63,209 bases of DNA from a virus (Duplodnaviria; Caudoviricetes): IMG/VR virus record IMGVR_UViG_3300009181_000078, positions 1 to 63,209 of that record; one strand, given 5' to 3'. A model generated the notes under the pieces. That model was not told the origin of the DNA. It was given only the letters and a program-made list of their open reading frames with translations, and ran no database searches. Each line of letters starts with the position of its first letter. Position 1 is the first letter of the stretch. The translations under genes and the position numbers were made by a program. Shown here piece after piece: positions 18,071-26,781 of the stretch.

Positions 18071-18541
18071 ATGAAAATAGCACCAAGTAATTACTTAAAA
18101 TTTTGGCGGGTAATCAGGTATTATATGAAGGCAAAGCACGGTCTGAGCCAAGCAGACCTTGATACCATTCTGTTCCTTTACTCAGAAAGCTACTTTGGGA
18201 AAGAGAAATTTGACGAGTTTAACGAACTCGTAAGTTGGGAGGTAGGAAGATTTGAACGCCTACGAAAAGAAGGATGGATTGAGAAGTTTAGAACACGAAG
18301 CGGTACCGGCAGGGCACTATACCAACTATCCTACAAAGCCAATAACTTAGTGGTAGACATCTATAAAAAACTAAACGGGGAAGAAATCCCCGTTAGTCTA
18401 TCGTCTAACCCTCTATTTTTAAAAAATGTATCTTACAATGATAAGGTTTACCGAAATATGATTGTCAAGATGAATGCGTATCAGCGTGAGAATAAGTATC
18501 GAAGTCCTACACCACAACCACCACGTCACGCTCCTGAATAA
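18071..18541 (+). CDS. Winged-helix (MarR-like) DNA-binding protein
   Basis: GLSQADLDTILFLY...FERLRKEGWIEK...ALYQLSYKA; the only plus-strand gene in the late region. Confidence 0.65.
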   Translation: MKIAPSNYLKFWRVIRYYMKAKHGLSQADLDTILFLYSESYFGKEKFDEFNELVSWEVGRFERLRKEGWIEKFRTRSGTGRALYQLSYKANNLVVDIYKKLNGEEIPVSLSSNPLFLKNVSYNDKVYRNMIVKMNAYQRENKYRSPTPQPPRHAPE

Positions 18542-18764
18542 TGGTATATTGCATATCATCAATCAGCATTGTAAAGCTGTGTGCTTTGTCATAGTATAAC
18601 TCATCCCCTTCCTGAATGGCGTCAACGTCAGTGCCGGGTGCTATCACCATACCACGCTTATAGCGTAGTTGATTGGTATCCTCCCCTGACAATATCAATC
18701 CTGACTCTGTCTTGACATTTTCTTGAATGTCTTTAACCACTAAATATTTCCCTATTGGTTTCAT
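18507..18764 (-). CDS. groES: Co-chaperonin GroES
   Basis: MKPIGKYLVV...KTESGLIL (mobile loop)...G.VIAPG...EGD...ERDVV. Confidence 0.9.
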   Translation of the reverse strand: MKPIGKYLVVKDIQENVKTESGLILSGEDTNQLRYKRGMVIAPGTDVDAIQEGDELYYDKAHSFTMLIDDMQYTIIQERDVVVVV

Positions 18765-18774
18765 TTGTTTTGTT

Positions 18775-19293
18775 TTATTGCCAATGATTATTGTCCATCT
18801 CCCACCAAAAAGTTAAGTCCTCAGTATTGTTGTCATAATACTCACCTACATAATTTGATTTATAAGCAGACTCAATATTCTCAAACATTGCCACAGTGTA
18901 AATATCGACAATATTTTTTTCTTTTAAATACTTGTCTAAAAAAGTATAGTTACCACCCTTAATAACCCCGGCTTCAACCAATAATACCCTTTTGTTATGT
19001 AATTTATGCCCATAAATAGCCATAATACTATCAAGTTCACTCAGGTATTTATCATCCCAATGCTCGTCAGGATAGGGTACATCTACCCCAAATCCATCAC
19101 AAATCTCGCCATTATAACTTAAAGAATGCCTTAAAGTCTGACCAATAATGGATGAATAGTCTATAGATACAGTTACAATAACCGTATTGTCAGCATTAAA
19201 ACCATCTATAATTAACTCAGAAGCTATCTTGTCTATCAAGAACTGCTCGTCATTTAACGATACGTGTAGTATTTTTCTATTGTTGTTGCTCAT
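18775..19293 (-). CDS. Type I phosphoribosyltransferase-like protein
   Basis: KRVLLVEAGVIKGGNY resembles a variant PRPP-binding loop (canonical VLLVDD...TGGT); C-terminal FWWE resembles the F.WE of HPRT/XGPRT. Confidence 0.6.
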   Translation of the reverse strand: MSNNNRKILHVSLNDEQFLIDKIASELIIDGFNADNTVIVTVSIDYSSIIGQTLRHSLSYNGEICDGFGVDVPYPDEHWDDKYLSELDSIMAIYGHKLHNKRVLLVEAGVIKGGNYTFLDKYLKEKNIVDIYTVAMFENIESAYKSNYVGEYYDNNTEDLTFWWEMDNNHWQ

Positions 19294-20893
19294 AGGTACG
19301 TGCTATTGTTATGATTGCATTAGTGCTTAAAATAGTTACCGCTACACTGACAGCATTCTGAAGTGCTGACCTTGTAACTTTCAATGGGTCAATAACACCC
19401 ATCTCAATCAAGTCACCCATCTCGCCTGTTTTCAGATTATATCCGTGACCAACAGGAGTGCCTTCTTTATACACATCACTTGGTTTCAATCCTGCGTTAG
19501 CCAAGATTTGTTGGAACGGAGCCATCAATGCATTGCGAACAATACTTAATGCAGCATTATACTCTACACTTTTGGTTTCTTCTCCCAACTCAGCACTCTC
19601 ATCAAGTAATGCTTTGCCGGCACCCGGTAAAATTCCTTCCTCAAGTGCGGAACGAACTGCACAAACTGCATCATCAACTCTATCATACAACTCTTTTTGC
19701 TCAAGGTCAGTCTGACCACCTACGAATATTACACCTATGCCACCCGTAAGTGATGCAATACGCTCTAACAAAAAGTCTTTGTCACCTTTCTTAGTCGCTT
19801 CTTTATGTGCGTCCCACAACTGCTTCACTCTTTCCTCAACCAACTTCTCATCAGCCTTAGCCGCACTGCGAATAATGACTGTCTTGTCCTTGCTAACAAT
19901 AACTTTACCTGCGTGACCCAAGTCACCATAGTTGATATGGCTTAAGTCGTCACCTGTCTTCTCGCTATAGTATGTTGCTCCTACACTAATTGCAATGTCT
20001 TGCATTAACTCGTGCTGTTTGTAGCCAAAGTTTGGCGGAGGCACAGCTACCACTTTAAGGTTCCCCTTAACTGAGTTTGCTGCAAGTGTATTTACCACGT
20101 TAGTGTTGCACGGAGAAATAATCAACAGCTTCTTTCCTTCGGAAATGATTGGTTTCAACACGTTCTCAATTTGCAAAATGTTTGCTATCTCAATATCACA
20201 CACCAAAACCATAGTGTCTTCAAAGACACACTCATCTTTCTTTTGGTCGTTTATAAACATTGAACTCAAATATCCTCTGTCAAATTTTAAACCCTTAGTT
20301 GTCTCTGCATAAGTCTCTGATGTTTGGCTACGCTCAACCGTCACAATACCTGTCTTACCCACATCTTTATAAACTTCTGCAATAATTCGTCCTATCTCTC
20401 TGTCATTGTTAGCTGATAGTGCAGCCACGTCCAATAACATTGCACTGCTGACTTTCTTTGCCTTACGTCTTAACTTATCCACCACCTTATTGCTTATATC
20501 CACCATATGTCTCAGCACTTCAGTCCTGTTCATATCCTCTTTTATATGCTCAAGTCCTCCAAGTACTAATCCTTCTGTCAAAACAATAGCCGTAGTCGTA
20601 CCATCACCTGCAGCGGTAGCTGTTTTGTCTGCCGCCTCTTTCATCATCTTAACCGCAAGGTTCTCCGATGGGTCAATAAGGTCAATCGACTTAGCAACTG
20701 TTACACCATCCTTAGTAACTGTGATGCCGTGCGTGTGATGTGGACTCTCAATGAGTACCGTGTTACCACTTGGTCCGAGCGTTGACTTAACAGCCTTTGA
20801 CATCTTGATGACACCACTGATAAGTTTCTTTCTTCCTTCACTTCCAAACTGCAAATCCTTGGGTGAGTACCCAATTCCTGATGTTTCTACCAT
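19277..20893 (-). CDS. groEL: Chaperonin GroEL (start moved to MVETSG)
   Basis: TLGP, VTKDGVTVAK, AGDGTTTA and GVIDPLKVTR motifs; the promoter at 20921-20928 overlaps the longer start. Confidence 0.97.
   Translation of the reverse strand: MVETSGIGYSPKDLQFGSEGRKKLISGVIKMSKAVKSTLGPSGNTVLIESPHHTHGITVTKDGVTVAKSIDLIDPSENLAVKMMKEAADKTATAAGDGTTTAIVLTEGLVLGGLEHIKEDMNRTEVLRHMVDISNKVVDKLRRKAKKVSSAMLLDVAALSANNDREIGRIIAEVYKDVGKTGIVTVERSQTSETYAETTKGLKFDRGYLSSMFINDQKKDECVFEDTMVLVCDIEIANILQIENVLKPIISEGKKLLIISPCNTNVVNTLAANSVKGNLKVVAVPPPNFGYKQHELMQDIAISVGATYYSEKTGDDLSHINYGDLGHAGKVIVSKDKTVIIRSAAKADEKLVEERVKQLWDAHKEATKKGDKDFLLERIASLTGGIGVIFVGGQTDLEQKELYDRVDDAVCAVRSALEEGILPGAGKALLDESAELGEETKSVEYNAALSIVRNALMAPFQQILANAGLKPSDVYKEGTPVGHGYNLKTGEMGDLIEMGVIDPLKVTRSALQNAVSVAVTILSTNAIITIARTYEQQQ
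20214..20229. repeat. 16-bp palindrome copy 2, inside groEL
   Basis: GTGTCTTCAAAGACAC. Confidence 0.9.
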
Positions 20894-20920
20894 TTGATTA
20901 TAATTTAATTTACTATTGTA

Positions 20921-20928
20921 CAAATATA
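20921..20928 (-). promoter_or_regulatory. -7 element TATATTTG for groEL
   Basis: TAnnTTTG match 28 nt upstream of the ATG. Confidence 0.65.
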
Positions 20929-21010
20929 GTCAACCTATGGTATATTAACCACTATTTTAGAAAAATAATTATCCCATAATATAGATTGCACCCGTTAGGG
21001 TGATAGGTCT

Positions 21011-21326
21011 ATGTCGGTTTTTATAGGATAAATGTCGGTTTATGACAGCTTTGTGTCGAATTTAAAAGAAACGACATTAGCTTAAATGTAATGTGGTAAA
21101 GGGTTTTCTAATTTTACAACACATCCGTGTCGTAAATGCAGGAAATATTCCCCTACTTCTTTATATATATTCCCTCCTTTTATATATTTTTTTCCCATAA
21201 GAATTACTCTTTAAAATCGACATTTTCGACATTAAAAGAATAAAGTATTAATTACTAATTAGTTATAAAAATAAAATCGACATAAAAACGACATAAAACA
21301 ATGATATAAATGTCAATCTTGACATT
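21011..21326. repeat. Iteron-like CGACAT array A, putative replication origin
   Basis: CGACAT at 21072, 21218, 21227, 21278, 21289; inverted ATGTCG/GTGTCG at 21011, 21032, 21053, 21127; AT-rich core. Confidence 0.7.
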
Positions 21327-21333
21327 ACAAGAC

Positions 21334-21363
21334 AAAAAGAAACCCAATACGTTAATATTGGGT
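21334..21363 (-). terminator. Intrinsic terminator
   Basis: ACCCAATA/TATTGGGT stem followed by TTCTTTTT on the minus strand. Confidence 0.6.
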
Positions 21364-21383
21364 CTCACTAATTGGGTAATAAT

Positions 21384-21614
21384 TTATCCCATCTCAGGAC
21401 CTTCCATCATCTCAGAACGGATGTTACCCAAATAAACAGCCTCAGCCATACGACTAATCTTCTCTGCATTGTGAATAGACTTCTTAATCTCTGCAGCCTT
21501 TTGGATTCCTGTCATACTGTTAGGACGATTGTTGATTAACATACCATCTTCAATAGTTAAACCCGGACCGGCTTTCTTTTGCTGATAGATACTGTCTTGT
21601 AATCTAAGTTTCAT
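21384..21614 (-). CDS. Hypothetical protein
   Basis: ORF track; followed by a terminator. Confidence 0.65.
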   Translation of the reverse strand: MKLRLQDSIYQQKKAGPGLTIEDGMLINNRPNSMTGIQKAAEIKKSIHNAEKISRMAEAVYLGNIRSEMMEGPEMG

Positions 21615-21796
21615 AATAATTTTTTTTGAAGTTTGAAATATTTCATAGTAAAGATAATAAATTTTTTAGATAGTAGTAGTGTTTGGGCTATAGGGGGTTT
21701 TACGTGAGCGACCCGTCAGCCGAAAACGACTTTTTTTTTGGTGGTGGGGGTGCTGTTTCCTTTGCCCCGTGTGTAATTTTTGCCGTTTTCCTACAG

Positions 21797-21892
21797 CCAC
21801 TGCCTGCCTGCCTGCCTGCCACTGCCTGCCTGCCTGCCTATGCCGGCACACGTTTGCCGTTCCCTGCCTGCCTTCCCCTGCCATTGCCTGCA
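21797..21892. repeat. (TGCC)n tandem low-complexity repeat
   Basis: CCACTGCCTGCCTGCCTGCCTGCC-ACTGCCTGCCTGCCTGCC and degenerate copies. Confidence 0.9.
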
Positions 21893-21917
21893 TCCCTTTG
21901 CTGTATTGCGTTTCATA

Positions 21918-21933
21918 GTGTCTTTAAAGACAC
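21918..21933. repeat. 16-bp palindrome copy 3 (perfect, GTGTCTTTAAAGACAC)
   Basis: Upstream of the first early promoter. Confidence 0.9.
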
Positions 21934-22065
21934 AAAGCACTAAGAATGAGGGCTTAGCCCCTGCCTTGTTCATCCTTAGTACAAACATTGTACATAAATA
22001 TCGAAGCCTCAAGCCCTTTATTCATAGGGGTTTGAGTATAAACAATAAAAAAAAACAATTATTTT

Positions 22066-22096
22066 TTTGGTGGAATAAAGAATTAAACTATATTTG
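22066..22096 (+). promoter_or_regulatory. Early promoter, Bacteroidota consensus (-33 TTTG, 19 nt, -7 TATATTTG)
   Basis: Full consensus match 40 nt upstream of 22136. Confidence 0.8.
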
Positions 22097-22135
22097 TGAA
22101 AGAATTAATCAATTAATCATCAAAATTTAAACACA

Positions 22136-22771
22136 ATGAGTCAATTACTATCAATCGAAACGGCTTTCCTAAGCCTCCCACAAGTCAAGCAGGGCTTGAA
22201 TTTGAGCGAAATTAGGAGCGTACAACGTACTATCACCAATGCCAAAAAGAAAAAATTCGAGCAAACGATTGCCTTGAGTAAGTTAGTTACCACGGCTGTA
22301 GATTGGTTTCAATCTGAGGAAGGGCAAAGGGTTTGCAACGATGAGGGTATCAGTTGGAGCAATGAGGAGATTGGACAGAAAGTTTTTGGATGGCAAAAAA
22401 GTTTTTTCTACAAAGTAGTGAAAGCAGGTCGACTACAGCCGGAGGTTATCGAGTCATTCAACACAAAGTGCAATGAGGTTGAGGCATCAGGGGATGAGCC
22501 AAATAGAAGCCTTGAGGGTTTATTAAAATTTGCAAAGCAAGTTGAAGCCGGTGGAAACACTGAAAGCGAAGGTGGAGAAGGCGAAAGCGAAAGTGAAAGT
22601 GAGCCACAAGTTGAAACACGTGTTGAAACCATTCTAACATTCACTTACAAGAGCGAAGGCGGAAACGTTTCAGTGCGTATCGATGCAAACGGCTTAGTTA
22701 AAACCACTAACAGCGATGAGCAAATAGCGGAGGCAATAAGCGTATTGAAATTCAGTTTACAAAACAGATAA
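22136..22771 (+). CDS. First early gene, hypothetical protein with acidic linker
   Basis: ORF track; possible HTH around EEIGQKVFGWQKSFFYK. Confidence 0.75.
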   Translation: MSQLLSIETAFLSLPQVKQGLNLSEIRSVQRTITNAKKKKFEQTIALSKLVTTAVDWFQSEEGQRVCNDEGISWSNEEIGQKVFGWQKSFFYKVVKAGRLQPEVIESFNTKCNEVEASGDEPNRSLEGLLKFAKQVEAGGNTESEGGEGESESESEPQVETRVETILTFTYKSEGGNVSVRIDANGLVKTTNSDEQIAEAISVLKFSLQNR

Positions 22772-22795
22772 TTTAACCACCTAAAAACTACTACA

Positions 22796-23674
22796 ATGAA
22801 CGGAATCATTTACACAACAACAGGAGAAAGTCGCAGGGGTCAAGTGGCAAGTTACCACGGGAAACCTTCGCCATTGTTTTTGAACAAGAGCAAACACGCT
22901 GTAGACATTGCAGGGCTTAAACCGGCACAACAGCGTACGGCAATCAAGTTTGAGAGCGGTGAGTATGAGTCGAAATTCACTATTGGCTTTGAGGTTGAGA
23001 AAAACCAATTAAGCCGTAATGCGGTGCGTGAGTATGAATTATTTTGTGGGTTTGAGCGTGATGGGTCGTGCGGATACGAAGCGGTTACCCACGTGCTCCC
23101 TTTGTTGCCTGCAGGCGGATGGCGTACAAAAGTTTACGATATGATGCACAAAGCCGAAAAGATTATCGATGATAGGTTTAGCCCTTCGGATAGAAGGTGT
23201 GGCGGTCATATTACGATTGCGTGTGAGGGGATGAGTGGTGATGCCTTGAGAGATGCCATTCGTAAAAATTGCGGTATCGTCCTTGCTTTATTCAAAAAGC
23301 GTGTTACTAACAGCTACTGCCAATATAACAGCAGGATGCAAGATTCAAGTGAGTGTAGCAATTGGCATCACAAGTACCAATTAGCCCTTGTAAAGGGTGG
23401 ATGCCTTGAGTTTAGAGTGCCGTCTCGCTTTCAGTCAGTTAAGCAAATGATGAGGAGATATGAGTTGATGTATGAGATTGTTAACTACAGCGTGGGTACG
23501 CCTAATGCCTCACACGATGGCTTACTTAAGAAAATCAAGCCTATCATTGTTTCAATGTACAATGGCAACGAGGATGATGCCAACGAGGTGTTGAGGTTAT
23601 CAAAGTTATTCAGAGCGTACATTCTGAAAGGTGAGGTGCACACTGACATTGCACAATACGTGCGAAACTATTAA
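22796..23674 (+). CDS. Putative amidoligase (COOH-NH2 ligase, Amidoligase_2-like)
   Basis: IGFEVE, ERDGS, GYEAV, CGGHI, KY and LEFR motifs. Confidence 0.8.
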   Translation: MNGIIYTTTGESRRGQVASYHGKPSPLFLNKSKHAVDIAGLKPAQQRTAIKFESGEYESKFTIGFEVEKNQLSRNAVREYELFCGFERDGSCGYEAVTHVLPLLPAGGWRTKVYDMMHKAEKIIDDRFSPSDRRCGGHITIACEGMSGDALRDAIRKNCGIVLALFKKRVTNSYCQYNSRMQDSSECSNWHHKYQLALVKGGCLEFRVPSRFQSVKQMMRRYELMYEIVNYSVGTPNASHDGLLKKIKPIIVSMYNGNEDDANEVLRLSKLFRAYILKGEVHTDIAQYVRNY

Positions 23675-23686
23675 TCACGAGAGGGA

Positions 23687-23702
23687 GTGTCTTCAAAGAC
23701 AC
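23687..23702. repeat. 16-bp palindrome copy 4, extended hairpin 23683-23706
   Basis: GGGA-GTGTCTTCAAAGACAC-TTCC directly before ribozyme 1. Confidence 0.9.
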
Positions 23703-23706
23703 TTCC

Positions 23707-23757
23707 GCTGTCGGGGGATGATTATCCTCCCTGATGAGTTCTAAAGAACGAAACAGC
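23707..23757 (+). ncRNA. Type III hammerhead ribozyme 1 (predicted cleavage GUC after 23712)
   Basis: GCUGUC / stem I GGGGGAU-GAUU-AUCCUCC / CUGAUGA / stem II GUUC-UAAA-GAAC / GAAA / CAGC. Confidence 0.93.
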
Positions 23758-23801
23758 ATTTTAAACCGGAGGTTTGAAACCCTCCTTTAAATTTTAATCA
23801 A

Positions 23802-23990
23802 ATGGAATCAGTAAACCACAACGGAATGACATTTCCCAACGAGCAAGCCTTACACGAGTGGCGTCTTATTTTTGAGTTCGACTACTTTATGGAGCAAGCG
23901 GAACAAGTTAATTGTGACTTGTACCTAAAGGAGCAAAAGTTAATTGCTCATAAACTACGTAAACAATTTTTTAACCTCAATCAAATCTAA
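23802..23990 (+). CDS. Hypothetical protein
   Basis: ORF with AATCAAATG leader. Confidence 0.7.
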   Translation: MESVNHNGMTFPNEQALHEWRLIFEFDYFMEQAEQVNCDLYLKEQKLIAHKLRKQFFNLNQI

Positions 23991-23994
23991 TCAA

Positions 23995-24099
23995 ATGGGA
24001 CAAACAATTTCAATTGCTGAGGCAATCATTATTAGCGTGATAACCATATTGTTATACGCTTTTGTTAAATCTTTAATTCAACATTTTAAATCTAACTAA
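23995..24099 (+). CDS. Small single-TM protein (34 aa)
   Basis: Own translation MGQTISIAEAIIISVITILLYAFVKSLIQHFKSN. Confidence 0.55.
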   Translation: MGQTISIAEAIIISVITILLYAFVKSLIQHFKSN

Positions 24100-24101
24100 C
24101 T

Positions 24102-24671
24102 ATGAGACAAATTACAAGAGACATTGTGAACGCTTTTCAGGAGATGCGTTCATTACGAATTGACAACAGCCGTACAGATGGGCAAGGCATATGGTTATTC
24201 GACAATAAAATTGTCGAGGTTAGGGAAGATGGAGTATGGATAACCAATGCAGGGTGGAAAAGTAAAACCACAAAGGAGAGACTCAATGGGTTGAGCGGGG
24301 TGCATATCCAACAAGTCAGGGGCAATTGGTTCCTCAATGGCAGGGAGTGGGATGGTAGATGGGTCAACGTGGATGCGTGGAATGGTGGTGCTGAGTCAGT
24401 CCCTGAGGAGAGTGTGCAGGAGCCTGAGTTTGACTTAACGAGTCAATGGATGACAGCCGGATACAGTAAGCCGGTGTATGCGGTGTTTCATTCGTTAACA
24501 GTGGCGAGTCTTGAGCCGGTTGAGGCAATGCTAAACGGGGAAGGGATACCAACAAGAAGAACGGAGTCGGATACCGATGGTGTGTATCGACCTAACTATT
24601 TCTTAGTAGTGCGTCCGGAGGATGTAGATAAGACTGCGAGAATTTTATCTGAGATGTATCTTCTTGCATAG
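24102..24671 (+). CDS. Hypothetical protein
   Basis: ORF track; GW.S.TTKERLN motif. Confidence 0.75.
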   Translation: MRQITRDIVNAFQEMRSLRIDNSRTDGQGIWLFDNKIVEVREDGVWITNAGWKSKTTKERLNGLSGVHIQQVRGNWFLNGREWDGRWVNVDAWNGGAESVPEESVQEPEFDLTSQWMTAGYSKPVYAVFHSLTVASLEPVEAMLNGEGIPTRRTESDTDGVYRPNYFLVVRPEDVDKTARILSEMYLLA

Positions 24672-24680
24672 TAAGTGGCG

Positions 24681-24696
24681 GTGTCTTCAAAGACAC
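24681..24696. repeat. 16-bp palindrome copy 5
   Basis: Followed by a cUUCGg hairpin (24699-24724) and then ribozyme 2. Confidence 0.9.
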
Positions 24697-24724
24697 AATT
24701 ACACAGCCCTTCGGGGTTGTGTAA

Positions 24725-24773
24725 CCGTCCCTGAGTGAGTGCTCAGGCTGATGAGTCCCAAAGGACGAAACGG
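24725..24773 (+). ncRNA. Type III hammerhead ribozyme 2 (predicted cleavage GUC after 24729)
   Basis: CCGUC / CCUGAGU-GAGU-GCUCAGG / CUGAUGA / GUCC-CAAA-GGAC / GAAA / CGG. Confidence 0.93.
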
Positions 24774-24819
24774 AATTTTAAACCGAAGGTTTGAAAACCC
24801 TTCATTAAATCAAATTCAA

Positions 24820-25020
24820 ATGATTCAAGAACAAATGAACATTGAAAGACAACGTAATGAAACTATTCAGGACGTTATCGACAGACTTTTGTACCTACCG
24901 GCAGACAAGTTGGAAGAGTACAAGCACTACCTTGATGTGCTCGTGTCAGTGTATCCCATTGATATGAAAATCGAAGACGGAATCAGAATTTATCACGTAA
25001 CTAAACACAAATTAAAATGA
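24820..25020 (+). CDS. Hypothetical protein (start moved to MIQEQ)
   Basis: The track start at 24739 lies inside the ribozyme; ATG 24820 has an AAATCAAATTCAAATG leader. Confidence 0.65.
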   Translation: MIQEQMNIERQRNETIQDVIDRLLYLPADKLEEYKHYLDVLVSVYPIDMKIEDGIRIYHVTKHKLK

Positions 25021-25307
25021 CAAAAGCAAATGACGTGTGGGAGTGCTCAAGATGTGGGCACCCACAAGGACGCCACGATATGTGGTTCGATGGTGACTTA
25101 TGCGAAAAATGTTCAGAGTATGAGCACTCCGTAAAATGTAGAGGATGCGAAACAATAGGCAATGGCGTAGACAAAAGATGTGACGCCTACGGCTACGGCA
25201 CCGGAGATTGGTGTGATGTGTGTTATGACAGCGACAAGTACCCGTATCGCAAGGATAGGTACTTCGACCCATCGTATGCAGGGGAGAGATTGGAGGATGA
25301 TTATTAA
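25017..25307 (+). CDS. Cys-rich zinc-finger-like protein
   Basis: Four CxxC pairs. Confidence 0.7.
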   Translation: MTKANDVWECSRCGHPQGRHDMWFDGDLCEKCSEYEHSVKCRGCETIGNGVDKRCDAYGYGTGDWCDVCYDSDKYPYRKDRYFDPSYAGERLEDDY

Positions 25308-25354
25308 AAATACTCGCATCCCTTTGGGATGAGAGAACTTAAATCAAATCAGAT

Positions 25355-25516
25355 ATGGAAAGCCAACACTATTTTAAAATCTATTACGCTCAGGCATTCG
25401 TTTGTTCAATAGTCGCCCACACAAAGTGGGAGGCTATTGACAGAGCGTTCTACAAATTCATCGGGGATTGCCCCCATTTAGATAGGGCAAAGTTCAAGGC
25501 AAAGAAAGTTTATTGA
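25355..25516 (+). CDS. Small hypothetical protein (53 aa)
   Basis: Own translation MESQHYFKIYY...KAKKVY with an AAATCAAATC leader. Confidence 0.55.
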   Translation: MESQHYFKIYYAQAFVCSIVAHTKWEAIDRAFYKFIGDCPHLDRAKFKAKKVY

Positions 25517-25524
25517 AAAATAAA

Positions 25525-25556
25525 TTTGGTTATGTCTAAATTATGTCGTATCTTCG
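25525..25556 (+). promoter_or_regulatory. Promoter (-33 TTTG, -7 TATCTTCG)
   Basis: Near-consensus with a 20-nt spacer, upstream of 25624. Confidence 0.55.
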
Positions 25557-25623
25557 TTCATTATCAGTTCATTAACAAGGGTTCTATGCCTTTATAGGTG
25601 TTGCCCATAAATCAATTTAGCTT

Positions 25624-26742
25624 ATGTGTGTAATCATTATCAAGCAGACAGGGAAGAAAGTTCCTCAGGAGGTTGCAAAGACCTCAGCGAGAATCAATCC
25701 ACACGGATTGGGTATTGTATGGCTCGACACGTTCGAGGTAACGTATCACAAATCAGCAGAGTACAAAGTACTTGACACAGAGAGACCATTCATTGCTCAC
25801 TTTAGATACGCCACCATTGGTGCTATCAACAAAGACAATACGCATCCATTCAGATGCGGGAGCAACAAACAAGAGTGGCTTATGATGAACGGAACTATCA
25901 GAGCACTTGGTAACTTCAAGAAGAGTGACTCAAAAGTATTAGCAGAGAACTTGGGTGAGATACCACGCCACAAATGGAAGAAAGAGTTAGAAAAGTATGA
26001 GTGCAGGTTCGTATCGGTTAACACGCACAGCAGGACATACCAAATCTACAACAAAGAGTTGTGGAGTCAGAGGGATGGCGTTTGGTACAGCAAAGACAAC
26101 GTCCTTGAGGACAATTTAATCGCTGTCTACGGCACGTTAAAGAAAGGGTACAGCAATTATCATCACTACCTCAGTGCCTCCAAATTCATAGCCAAAGGGA
26201 ACACGAAGAGTAAGTATCCGCTTGTCATCAGTGGACTACCTTATTTGATTGAGAAGAGTGGACAAGGTCATCACGTGGAGGTTGACATATTCAAAGTCAG
26301 TTCAGGTGTGTTGGCTCAGTTAGATAGATTGGAGGGTCATCCTGATTGGTACCGGAGGAAGCAGGTTGATGTGACGACAAAGAACGGAGTGCTCAAGTGT
26401 TGGATATACTTCAACATACGTGAGACAGCAGACGGCAAAGAGCATCACAAGACATACACGCAGAAGGCAAAGCCATTGAGTTTTTGGGAGAAGGAAGATG
26501 AGAGAGAGAGCGAAAAGTATCAGAGCATATTTGCTCAGATGGGATATGATGAGCCGAAGAGTGTATGCTTGTTAGACATATTGGACGATGATTGTGAGGA
26601 TTGTGACTTTGACATAGAGAACGAGAAGCCTATCTGTGTCAATTGCTTTCACGACTTGGAGCACGATGCGTTCGCAAATTATCATTGTAGTGGTTGCGAT
26701 GAGTGGTTCACCGAGTCTGAGGTATTACGATTCCAACCTTAG
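25624..26742 (+). CDS. Class II glutamine amidotransferase fused to gamma-glutamylcyclotransferase (GGCT/AIG2-like) and a C-terminal Zn ribbon
   Basis: N-terminal MC, NPHG, HFRYAT, NTHPF, NG; then VYGTLK...LDRLEGHP..Y.R; then CxxC...CxxC. Confidence 0.88.
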   Translation: MCVIIIKQTGKKVPQEVAKTSARINPHGLGIVWLDTFEVTYHKSAEYKVLDTERPFIAHFRYATIGAINKDNTHPFRCGSNKQEWLMMNGTIRALGNFKKSDSKVLAENLGEIPRHKWKKELEKYECRFVSVNTHSRTYQIYNKELWSQRDGVWYSKDNVLEDNLIAVYGTLKKGYSNYHHYLSASKFIAKGNTKSKYPLVISGLPYLIEKSGQGHHVEVDIFKVSSGVLAQLDRLEGHPDWYRRKQVDVTTKNGVLKCWIYFNIRETADGKEHHKTYTQKAKPLSFWEKEDERESEKYQSIFAQMGYDEPKSVCLLDILDDDCEDCDFDIENEKPICVNCFHDLEHDAFANYHCSGCDEWFTESEVLRFQP

Positions 26743-26760
26743 ACTTGGGGCGACAGGGTG

Positions 26761-26776
26761 GTGTCTTCAAAGACAC
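26761..26776. repeat. 16-bp palindrome copy 6, extended hairpin 26755-26782
   Basis: AGGGTG-palindrome-TGCCCT directly before ribozyme 3. Confidence 0.9.
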
Positions 26777-26781
26777 TGCCC

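Noticed and set aside
21666-22130. Four overlapping ORFs in the track
   Set aside because: They arise from the stop-free TGCC repeat and overlap a promoter; most likely non-coding.
24739-24819. N-terminal extension of the 93-aa ORF
   Set aside because: It starts at a GTG inside ribozyme 2; ATG 24820 has the typical leader.
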